Of a DNA stretch of 13,716 nucleotides, positions 1 through 6,641 are shown in pieces. The first letter of the stretch is position 1. Every line of letters starts with the position of its first letter. The DNA is from a virus (taxonomy: Duplodnaviria; Heunggongvirae; Uroviricota; Caudoviricetes), in the IMG/VR virus record IMGVR_UViG_2778261086_000003, positions 1 through 13,716 of that record; one strand, given 5' to 3'. Below the pieces are notes generated by a model. That model worked only from the letters and a program-made list of their open reading frames with translations. It was not told where the DNA came from and made no database searches. The position numbers and the translations under genes were made by a program.

Positions 1-867
1 TCAAAGGGGAGGTTCTGGTAGTTGCATCCAGTCGGTTACATTGCGACTCTGTGTTTCGAAAAATTCATCACCATTGCGGACAATATCGAAAAACTCTCCG
101 TCCCGATATTGCGCATAAAGAACGAATGCGCCATCACATAAAATAATTACGTGCTGATTATCATCAGGCATTCGCTCACTACAGCTTATCCAACCATCCG
201 GAGTTACCGGAACTTGCGGAATGGCTGTCTGCTCTCGAACGTCATTAGGCGCTATAGGTTCTGCTGCCAACTGACTGGCATATTTGTTAATGGTAACGAT
301 AAGCTCTTGCTCGGCCTCATCCAGACAATCACCGATACCTCGCCTGTCACCGTCAAAATCATCGAAATCGGCACGAATCTTGGCAACCTCCCGGATTGCG
401 GACAACACCTCACTAGGAATTACCGGATAGTTGGTTGACGTTTCCGCGATTTCCCGAAAATTATTGGTTGACGAATTCTTGTTTTCCCGAAAGTTTCCGG
501 ACTGAAGCATGGCGGCGCGGCAGGAGTTCCAGCCTCTCACCTCTGCAATAGCGGCAACAGCATCGACCGCGTACATTTTAAGAGGGTTAGGCATTGGTTT
601 TTCTTCAGGTACTACTGGCACTGGAGGGGTGGCATAAACAGGAATAACGTCCGATTGATCTTTATTACTTTCATCCGTCAAAGCCCAGAATAATTTCCCG
701 GCCGGATGTTTGAAAATATAAGCAACTGGATCTGCTTCCAGCGATGCCAGTGCAATTCGTGCCAGTTCTTCCGCTTCTTCTGCTGGCAGTACAACGTTGC
801 TACCAGGTCCGTATGTTTCGCGCCACTGCTTGATTGTAAGTAGTCGCTCTTTGGTAATAGTGGTCAT
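1..867 (-). CDS. DUF551-domain phage protein (288 aa)
   Basis: Complete ORF ending with a stop at 1-3. The C-terminal segment (MPDDNQHVIILCDGAFVLYAQYRDGEFFDIV...) resembles the DUF551 domain common in early-left regions of lambdoid prophages. Its start overlaps the stop of the upstream HNH gene by 4 nt. Family assigned from memory. Confidence 0.65.
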   Translation of the reverse strand: MTTITKERLLTIKQWRETYGPGSNVVLPAEEAEELARIALASLEADPVAYIFKHPAGKLFWALTDESNKDQSDVIPVYATPPVPVVPEEKPMPNPLKMYAVDAVAAIAEVRGWNSCRAAMLQSGNFRENKNSSTNNFREIAETSTNYPVIPSEVLSAIREVAKIRADFDDFDGDRRGIGDCLDEAEQELIVTINKYASQLAAEPIAPNDVREQTAIPQVPVTPDGWISCSERMPDDNQHVIILCDGAFVLYAQYRDGEFFDIVRNGDEFFETQSRNVTDWMQLPEPPL

Positions 868-1229
868 ACCGTAGCCCCTTCTTGATATTTTTCAAACCAG
901 AACACAACCGGGTCAGATTTCATTTCAACCAATCCCATACGAACCAGCGCTTTGCCTTTCCCGGATGCAAGGAATTCACGACGACCATCACTGATAATTC
1001 GCCGATAATCTTCCAGGCTACTGCAATGCTTGTGCAGATTGCATGGGTGGCATGCCGGAACCATGTTGGATATATCGTCACGTTCCTGGTGAAGCATATT
1101 TCCATCAAAACGAATGACCGGTTTTACATGGTCTGCATGCCACTTTTCGCCAAGTTCACAGCCGCAATAAGCACAGCGACCGCCAAACTTCATGCGCAAT
1201 TCTGCACGTTGTTTTTTCGTCAGTGCCAT
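864..1229 (-). CDS. HNH endonuclease (122 aa)
   Basis: Start placed at the internal ATG (1229-1227), preceded by GGAG and lying immediately after the upstream gene's stop (1231-1233); the longer ORF-track start at 1391 would overlap the Ead-like gene. Protein carries an HNH-type motif: CAYCGC...HADHVKP...CHPCNLHKH. Confidence 0.75.
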   Translation of the reverse strand: MALTKKQRAELRMKFGGRCAYCGCELGEKWHADHVKPVIRFDGNMLHQERDDISNMVPACHPCNLHKHCSSLEDYRRIISDGRREFLASGKGKALVRMGLVEMKSDPVVFWFEKYQEGATV

Positions 1230-1230
1230 T

Positions 1231-1920
1231 TCACTCTCCTTTGATGCGAATGCCAGCGGAGCGCTCGGCTTCACTTTGTTCCCAAAACCACTTGTGAAGC
1301 GCCATAAGCTTTTCGTCAATCGGTGCATATTTGCGATTAAAGTAGGCCTGAGCATCTTTCTCAGATTTGTCCGGCAATTCGCCAGGGCCAAACAGTGTGT
1401 TATAAATCCATGCCAGTCCGCTTTTAGCGTCGCCAGTTGCCTGCCATTCGATAATCGCAGCCTGCATGACCAGAATGTTTTTCCCGATTAACAGGTCCAG
1501 TTCTTTGAACCGGTTGCGGATGTATGCATTCTCGCTTTGTAATTTTGCGTTGCGCTTCTCTGCGGCTTCCAGCTCAACACGCAGCTTCCCTACCGTTAGC
1601 GCAATTTCCTCGTTCTCCTGGTCGCGGCGTTTGATGTATTGCTGTTTTCTTTCCAGCTCATCCAGCAGCGCCAAGACGGTAGCGGGATTGGCTGCGGCGA
1701 TGAATTCAGCATTGGCCTGCTGTTCCATTTGGAAATCTTCATCGAAACCGCTTTCTGGATGTGCTCCTTCAATTCTGCAAATAGGAATATATCCAGCAAC
1801 TTCACGATGAATTAGCGCATCATCACCATCAAATCGGCTCTCTCCATATTCGAGCGACCACTCACCACACGTTGCTTTTTCTGCCTTGGCCCGCAGTGCC
1901 TGAGAGTTAATTTCGCTCAC
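1231..1920 (-). CDS. Ead/Ea22-like phage early protein (229 aa), coiled-coil rich
   Basis: 229-aa ORF with a GTG start at 1920 that overlaps the TraR-like stop (GTGA). Central region is charged and heptad-like (ELERKQQYIKRRDQENEEIALTVGKLRVELEAAEKRNAKLQ). Composition and position match Ead/Ea22-family proteins of lambdoid phages. Confidence 0.6.
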   Translation of the reverse strand: MSEINSQALRAKAEKATCGEWSLEYGESRFDGDDALIHREVAGYIPICRIEGAHPESGFDEDFQMEQQANAEFIAAANPATVLALLDELERKQQYIKRRDQENEEIALTVGKLRVELEAAEKRNAKLQSENAYIRNRFKELDLLIGKNILVMQAAIIEWQATGDAKSGLAWIYNTLFGPGELPDKSEKDAQAYFNRKYAPIDEKLMALHKWFWEQSEAERSAGIRIKGE

Positions 1921-2138
1921 TTCGAACCTCTCTGTTTACTGATAAGCTCCAGATCTTCCTGGCAACTTGCACAAGTCCGACAACCCTGAACGGCCAGGCG
2001 TCTTCGCTCATCTATGGGATCGCCACACTCACAACAATGAGTGGCAGATATAGCCTGGTGGTTCAGGCGGCGCATTTTTATTGCTGTGTTGCGCTGTAAT
2101 TCTTCAATTTCTGATGCTGAATCAATGATGTCTGCCAT
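1917..2138 (-). CDS. TraR/DksA-family C4 zinc-finger protein (73 aa, lambda Orf73-like)
   Basis: 73 aa with a C-x2-C...C-x2-C arrangement (CCECGDPIDERRRLAVQGCRTCASCQ) typical of TraR/DksA C4 zinc fingers. Same size and position as the TraR homologue of phage lambda (Orf73). Confidence 0.8.
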   Translation of the reverse strand: MADIIDSASEIEELQRNTAIKMRRLNHQAISATHCCECGDPIDERRRLAVQGCRTCASCQEDLELISKQRGSK

Positions 2139-2144
2139 CTTTCA

Positions 2145-2234
2145 TTAATCCCTGAATTGTTGGTTAATACGCTTGAGGGTGAATGCGAATAATAAAAAAG
2201 GAGCCTGTAGCTCCATGATGATTTTGTTTTTCAT
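2145..2234 (-). CDS. candidate micro-ORF, 29 aa (MKNKIIMELQAPFLLFAFTLKRINQQFRD)
   Basis: Not in the ORF track (below its length cut-off). ATG lies 2 nt after the stop of the upstream 71-aa gene; its TAA lies 6 nt before the TraR-like ATG. It exactly fills the only gap in a tightly coupled operon. Speculative. Confidence 0.25.
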   Translation of the reverse strand: MKNKIIMELQAPFLLFAFTLKRINQQFRD

Positions 2235-2236
2235 GC

Positions 2237-2452
2237 TCACCGTTCCTTAAAGACGCCGTTTAACATGCCGATCGCCAGGCTTAAATGAGTCGGTGTGAAT
2301 CCCATCAGCGTTACCGTTTCGCGGTGCTTCTTCAGTACGCTACGGCAAATGTCATCGACGTTTTTATCCGGAAACTGCTGTCTGGCTTTTTTGATTTCAG
2401 AATTAGCCTGACGGGCAATACTGCGAAGGGCGTTTTCTTGCTGAGGTGTCAT
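2237..2452 (-). CDS. hypothetical phage protein (71 aa from ATG at 2452; alternative 93-aa form from 2518)
   Basis: ORF 2237-2518. I prefer the internal ATG at 2452 because it forms an ATGA overlap with the stop of the 27-aa micro-ORF upstream. No family recognised. Confidence 0.5.
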   Translation of the reverse strand: MTPQQENALRSIARQANSEIKKARQQFPDKNVDDICRSVLKKHRETVTLMGFTPTHLSLAIGMLNGVFKER

Positions 2453-2532
2453 TGAACAAGTCCCATGTCGGCAAGCATAAGCACACAGAATATGAAGCCC
2501 GCTGCCAGAAAAATGCATTCAGTGGTTGTCAT
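2449..2532 (-). CDS. candidate micro-ORF, 27-aa hydrophobic peptide (MTTTECIFLAAGFIFCVLMLADMGLVQ)
   Basis: Hand-translated from the minus strand. Its ATG overlaps the stop of the 63-aa gene (ATGA, 2532-2529) and its TGA overlaps the ATG at 2452 (ATGA). One predicted transmembrane helix. Not in the ORF track. Confidence 0.3.
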   Translation of the reverse strand: MTTTECIFLAAGFIFCVLMLADMGLVQ

Positions 2533-2720
2533 ACCTGGTCTCTCTCATCTGCTTCTGCTTTCGCCACCATCATTTCCAGCTTTTGTGAAAGGGATGCGGC
2601 TAACGTATGAAATTCTTCGTCTGTTTCTACTGGTATTGGCACAAACCTGACTCCAATTTGAGCGAGGCTATGTGCCATCTCAATGCTCGTTCTTAACTCA
2701 ACAGGAGATGCTTTGTGCAT
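2529..2720 (-). CDS. hypothetical small phage protein (63 aa)
   Basis: First ORF of the leftward gene chain, acidic C-terminus (AKAEADERDQV). No confident family assignment. Confidence 0.5.
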   Translation of the reverse strand: MHKASPVELRTSIEMAHSLAQIGVRFVPIPVETDEEFHTLAASLSQKLEMMVAKAEADERDQV

Positions 2721-3046
2721 ACAGCTCCCCGTTTATTATTTATCTCCTCAGCCAGCCGCTGTGCTTTCAGGGGATTTCGGGTAACAGAAAGGCCGGGAAA
2801 TACCCAGCCTCGCTTTGTAACGGAGTAGACGAAAGTGATCGCGCCTATGAAACCAAGGACCTGGTTGATGTCGTAACCGGCGAAATCACTACTATCCAGT
2901 CGTTACGCCATACCTCCGATCTTGATACCGGAGAGATGTATGTCTTCCTGTGTAAGGTTGAAGCCTGGGCGATGAATATTGGCTGCCACCTGACTATTCC
3001 ACAGAGCTGCGAGTTTCAGCTGCTGCGCGACAAGCAGGAGGCGTAA
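2672..3046 (+). CDS. hypothetical protein, possibly the 3' remnant of a nin-region gene
   Basis: Reading frame ends at a TAA (3044-3046) that overlaps the ninE ATG. It has no convincing ATG with a ribosome-binding site, and its 5' end overlaps the divergent 63-aa gene. May be a truncated remnant left by a deletion. Confidence 0.3.
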   Translation: MPSQCSFLTQQEMLCAYSSPFIIYLLSQPLCFQGISGNRKAGKYPASLCNGVDESDRAYETKDLVDVVTGEITTIQSLRHTSDLDTGEMYVFLCKVEAWAMNIGCHLTIPQSCEFQLLRDKQEA

Positions 3047-3216
3047 TGGCTACACCGCTTATTCGTGTCATGAACGGACACATCTACAGAGTACCAAATC
3101 GTCGTAAGCGTAAACCTGAGCTGAAGCCATCCGAAATACCAACACTGCTCGGATATACCGCCAGCCTGGTTGATAAAAAATGGTTGCGACTGGCAGCAAG
3201 GAGGAGTCATGGCTGA
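3046..3216 (+). CDS. ninE: NinE protein (56 aa)
   Basis: Hand translation [56 protein letters not shown] matches the NinE family. AGGAGG lies 6 nt upstream; the stop overlaps the ybcO start region. Confidence 0.85.
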   Translation: MATPLIRVMNGHIYRVPNRRKRKPELKPSEIPTLLGYTASLVDKKWLRLAARRSHG

Positions 3217-3499
3217 TTTGAGAAAAGCAGCGCGTGGTCGGGAATGCCAGGTAAGAATCCCTGGCGTATGTAATGGCAACCCTGAAACGTCTGTACTGGC
3301 ACATATCCGGCTGACTGGATTGTGCGGCACCGGTACGAAACCGCCAGACCTGATTGCCACCATTGCATGTTCTGCCTGCCACGACGAAATCGACCGCCGC
3401 ACGCATTTTGTTGACGCTGGATATGCAAAAGAATGCGCGCTGGAAGGTATGGCGAGAACACAGGTTATCTGGCTGAAAGAGGGGGTTATTAAGGCGTGA
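3209..3499 (+). CDS. ybcO: YbcO-family nin-region protein (putative Zn-binding nuclease, 96 aa)
   Basis: [37 protein letters not shown]... with GGAGG at 3201-3205. Conserved Cys/His pattern. Sits in the ninE-ybcO-rusA order seen in DLP12-type prophages. Confidence 0.85.
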   Translation: MADLRKAARGRECQVRIPGVCNGNPETSVLAHIRLTGLCGTGTKPPDLIATIACSACHDEIDRRTHFVDAGYAKECALEGMARTQVIWLKEGVIKA

Positions 3500-3858
3500 A
3501 TACCTACAGCATCACATTACCCTGGCCTCCGAGCAATAATCGCTATTACCGCCATAATCGCGGGCGCACGCACGTCAGCGCAGAGGGGCAGGCATACCGC
3601 GATAACGTCGCCCGAATCATTAAAAACGCAATGCTGGATATCGGCCTGGCTATGCCTGTGAAAATCCGCATTGAGTGCCACATGCCGGATCGCCGTCGCC
3701 GTGACCTGGATAATCTGCAAAAAGCCGCTTTTGACGCACTCACTAAAGCAGGTTTCTGGCTGGATGATGCTCAGGTCGTTGATTACCGCGTTGTGAAGAT
3801 GCCTGTTACCAAAGGTGGGAGGCTGGAACTGACCATCACCGAAATGGGGAATGAATGA
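3496..3858 (+). CDS. rusA: RusA Holliday-junction resolvase (120 aa)
   Basis: GTG start overlapping the ybcO stop (GTGA). Sequence [28 protein letters not shown]...[10 protein letters not shown] is recognisable as RusA. Confidence 0.9.
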   Translation: MNTYSITLPWPPSNNRYYRHNRGRTHVSAEGQAYRDNVARIIKNAMLDIGLAMPVKIRIECHMPDRRRRDLDNLQKAAFDALTKAGFWLDDAQVVDYRVVKMPVTKGGRLELTITEMGNE

Positions 3859-3995
3859 TGTTTGAGTTTTATATGGCAGAACTTCTTCGCCACCGCTGGG
3901 GGCATCTGCGCTTATATCGTTTCCCCGGTTCTGTTTTGACCGATTACCGAATACTGAAGAATTACGCCAAAACCCTGACAGGAGCAGGAGTATGA
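3855..3995 (+). CDS. ylcG: YlcG small protein (46 aa)
   Basis: Hand-translated: [50 protein letters not shown] overlap with the rusA stop. Lies between rusA and Q as in DLP12. Confidence 0.75.
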   Translation: MMFEFYMAELLRHRWGHLRLYRFPGSVLTDYRILKNYAKTLTGAGV

Positions 3996-4080
3996 AGTCA
4001 GAGATAACAATCAACTAATACTGTTTTGTTGATTTTTGCTTGTAATTGGCGTTCTGGTCTGATTTTTGTGGAGTAAGTTG

Positions 4081-4458
4081 ATGCGTGATATTCAGATGGT
4101 TCTTGAGCGTTGGGGAGCGTGGGCGGCTAATAATCATGAAGATGTGACCTGGTCGTCCATTGCCGCCGGTTTTAAGGGATTAATTACTTCAAAAGTAAAA
4201 TCTCGCCCGCAATGTTGTGACGATGACGCGATGATTATTTGCGGGTGCATGGCCCGTCTGAAAAAGAACAACAGCGATTTGCATGATTTATTGGTGGACT
4301 ATTATGTCGGCGGCATGACTTTTATGGCGCTTGCACGTAAGCATGGGCGATCTGATTGTTGGGTTGGCAGGATGCTCCAGAAAGCTGAGGGCGTAGTGGA
4401 GGGTATGCTGATGGTGTTGGATCTCCGATTGGAGATGGATGCTGATTGTTCGAAATAA
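4081..4458 (+). CDS. quuD: late-gene antiterminator Q (QuuD-like, 125 aa)
   Basis: ATG at 4081 preceded by GGAG (4070-4073); the ORF-track start at 4066 is a TTG extension. [24 protein letters not shown]... resembles DLP12/phage-82-type Q. Followed by a terminator, as expected for the pR'/tR' arrangement. Confidence 0.8.
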   Translation: MRDIQMVLERWGAWAANNHEDVTWSSIAAGFKGLITSKVKSRPQCCDDDAMIICGCMARLKKNNSDLHDLLVDYYVGGMTFMALARKHGRSDCWVGRMLQKAEGVVEGMLMVLDLRLEMDADCSK

Positions 4459-4558
4459 TTAAAGGAAAAGTTGCTGTCTGATTGTCATTAGTCTAACATT
4501 TTAAATGTTGGAATCGCAACGTAGTTATTATCATATAACAGCTTGTTTCCTGATTTAG
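4459..4558 (+). promoter_or_regulatory. putative late promoter and Q-utilisation region
   Basis: Position only: in lambdoid phages pR' and qut lie between Q and tR'. Weak -35/-10 candidates (TTGCTG...TAACAT) but no confident match. Confidence 0.3.
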
Positions 4559-4585
4559 CCAGCCTCCCCAAAGGCTGGTTTTTTT
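4559..4585 (+). terminator. rho-independent terminator (tR'-like)
   Basis: Stem CCAGCCT (4559-4565), loop CCCCAA, stem AGGCTGG (4572-4578), then TTTTTTT (4579-4585). Plus-strand only; the reverse read has no U-tract. Confidence 0.65.
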
Positions 4586-4613
4586 CTAATAAGTATTATT
4601 TCGGGTAGGGATT

Positions 4614-5138
4614 TTATTGTTTAACCCATAATAATTCATTGACATTGAATCCCAACTTTTGAGCGGTTCGCACATAGTCTGCTTTTACTTTATCTGGAAT
4701 AGTTGGGGTCCTTGCCAGAATCCATAGGTATTCTCTGTTCGGACCACTGACAAGAGCATACTTATACTCATCATCCAGTTTGATTACATTATAGCCACCA
4801 TAGAAGGGGCCAAAAAACGAAACCTTCAATGCTGCAGTTTTAGTATCTCCAGTAAAGTATGCTTTACCTTCGCTCTCGCTCCATTTATTTTTCGTTGGAT
4901 CGTATCCACGGTTAAGTACACGAATCCCTCCGTCGTTCCGTTTTCCATAAGTAGCGCTGACCTGTTCCAGATCACGTTCGAACCGGTTCTCGAGGCGAGC
5001 TATTTCATACCATTTTCCGAGGTAGCGGTTGGCGTCAAAATTTGTAATCGGCTGCACACCTTTAGGTGGTGTCGGGGCCTTACATGCTATAAGAGTGAAA
5101 GAGAGTGCAATGCCAGTCAACACAGGCCATAACTTCAT
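4614..5138 (-). CDS. Blc-family bacterial lipocalin, outer-membrane lipoprotein (174 aa)
   Basis: Signal peptide with lipobox (LIAC), then lipocalin signatures (NFDANRYLGKWYEIARLENRFE...YLWILARTP). Homologous to but distinct from chromosomal Blc. Lower GC than flanking phage genes and antisense to late transcription. Confidence 0.85.
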   Translation of the reverse strand: MKLWPVLTGIALSFTLIACKAPTPPKGVQPITNFDANRYLGKWYEIARLENRFERDLEQVSATYGKRNDGGIRVLNRGYDPTKNKWSESEGKAYFTGDTKTAALKVSFFGPFYGGYNVIKLDDEYKYALVSGPNREYLWILARTPTIPDKVKADYVRTAQKLGFNVNELLWVKQ

Positions 5139-5330
5139 AATAAATCCTGTACTTTTGATAGTTGAGAGTAAGTATGAAAGATAGATGATTACGACCGATC
5201 ACTTAAAGAACTTTCATACTATATTAGGAATAGTCCATAACAGAAAAATTGTCAGTGATGACGCCAGAAAGGCAATTTATTCCGTGCACTACACAGTTTA
5301 TGTGTTAATGAATTAGTCAAGGGGGAGAAT

Positions 5331-6290
5331 ATGATAAAAAAACCTGTGATTGGAATCAGCGGTTGTTTGGCCGGTTCTGCTGTTCGTTTTGATGGTGGTC
5401 ACAAAAGAGCTGACTTTTTAATGGACAAATTAGTGGAATGGGTAACATTCAGACCAGTATGTCCGGAAATGGCTATAGGGCTGCCAGTTCCGCGTCCTGC
5501 TCTACGTCTTGTGCGCTCGACGCAAGGAAATATACGGATGTGTTTCAGCCACGACCAGAATGAGGATGTGACAGAGAGAATGACAGAGTTTAGTCGTTCT
5601 TATATGGACAAATTAAAGGATGTATCGGGGTTTGTGGTTTGTGCTAAATCTCCCAGCTGTGGCATGGAGCGCGTGCGTGTCTATGATGAAAATGGTAATC
5701 GAGGTCGTAAAGATGGAGTGGGACTATTTACGAGTACTTTGATGGAAAAGTTTTCCTGGCTACCGGTTGAAGAGGATGGGCGATTACATGATCCAGTGCT
5801 TCGTGAGAATTTTGTTGAAAGAGTTTTTGCTTTGCATGAGCTCAATCACCTTTACAAGGAGAAATTATCAAGAAGAGAGTTATTAGCTTTTCATAGTCGT
5901 TATAAGCTTCAGTTGTTGGCGCATAGTCAGGCAGGCTATAAAGATATGGGACCATTTGTGGCTGCAATACACGAGTGGGCGGACCTTGAATCATACTTTG
6001 AGGTGTATCGTGATAATCTGATGGCGATTCTCAGAAAACCAGCATCACGTAAAAATCACACGAATGTGCTGATGCATATACAGGGGTATTTTAGTAATTA
6101 CTTAAGTACACGCCAGCGTAAAGAGTTGAGCGAGGTTATACTTAACTATCGCTTTGGCACATTGCCTCTTCTTGCGCCGTTGACTCTGCTGAAGCATTAT
6201 CTGGGTGAGTATCCTAATGATTACTTGCTTACACAGAATTACTTCGATCCCTATCCGGACGAACTGGCTCTAAGACTGATGGTAAATTAA
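5331..6290 (+). CDS. DUF523-DUF1722 fusion protein (RudS/TudS-like putative thionucleoside desulfidase, 319 aa)
   Basis: N-terminus has the DUF523-type Cys pattern (GISGCLAG, PVCPE, CAKSPSCGM), consistent with a [4Fe-4S] TudS-like fold. The C-terminal ~150 aa resemble the DUF1722 (YbgA-like) domain. GGAG 4 nt before the ATG. Domain call from memory, not HMM-verified. Confidence 0.65.
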   Translation: MIKKPVIGISGCLAGSAVRFDGGHKRADFLMDKLVEWVTFRPVCPEMAIGLPVPRPALRLVRSTQGNIRMCFSHDQNEDVTERMTEFSRSYMDKLKDVSGFVVCAKSPSCGMERVRVYDENGNRGRKDGVGLFTSTLMEKFSWLPVEEDGRLHDPVLRENFVERVFALHELNHLYKEKLSRRELLAFHSRYKLQLLAHSQAGYKDMGPFVAAIHEWADLESYFEVYRDNLMAILRKPASRKNHTNVLMHIQGYFSNYLSTRQRKELSEVILNYRFGTLPLLAPLTLLKHYLGEYPNDYLLTQNYFDPYPDELALRLMVN

Positions 6291-6641
6291 TTGTATGCGA
6301 TATCATCCAAAAGGATGAGTTCCTGCATGCAGGATATTTACAATCGTAAAAACTACACTATGATACCCAGAGTGTCAGTTTGTATAAAAACTCTGTTTAC
6401 GCTGAAGAAACAATTGAGATGCAACTTAAAGTTGGTAAACATGCCAGTCAAAATATATAATATTATGATTCCACGCAGCTATATATAATATAACAGATTG
6501 GTTTAATAATTTGTCTTTGTGAGTTAAATACATAATTTTATACTTGTGATGCAATGAAATTTTCCTTATTGTTGAACTGGCGAATATTGATTTTCCACCT
6601 ATACTTACCTGGTGTAACCCCAATGATATCAGGTGGATAAT

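Noticed and set aside
151-438. Plus-strand 95-aa ORF inside the DUF551 gene
   Set aside because: Entirely antisense to a well-supported minus-strand gene, with no ribosome-binding site or recognisable motif.
882-1810. ORFs 882-1244 (+), 920-1108 (-), 1192-1491 (+), 1466-1810 (+) and 1596-1805 (-)
   Set aside because: All overlap the HNH and Ead-like genes in other frames or antisense; low-complexity translations typical of shadow ORFs.
2465-2650. Plus-strand 61-aa ORF
   Set aside because: Antisense to the tightly coupled minus-strand chain; the minus-strand micro-ORF in this interval is better supported by its start/stop overlaps.
3016-4014. Minus-strand ORFs 3016-3402, 3068-3406, 3207-3461, 3517-4014 and 3546-3743
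   Set aside because: Antisense to the ninE-ybcO-rusA-ylcG block, which is recognisable and translationally coupled on the plus strand.
6291-6623. ORFs 6291-6488 (+, 65 aa) and 6426-6623 (-, 65 aa) in the AT-rich leader of the AraC gene
   Set aside because: Extremely AT-rich interval where random ORFs are expected; no ribosome-binding site and the translations are low complexity. Treated as regulatory DNA.
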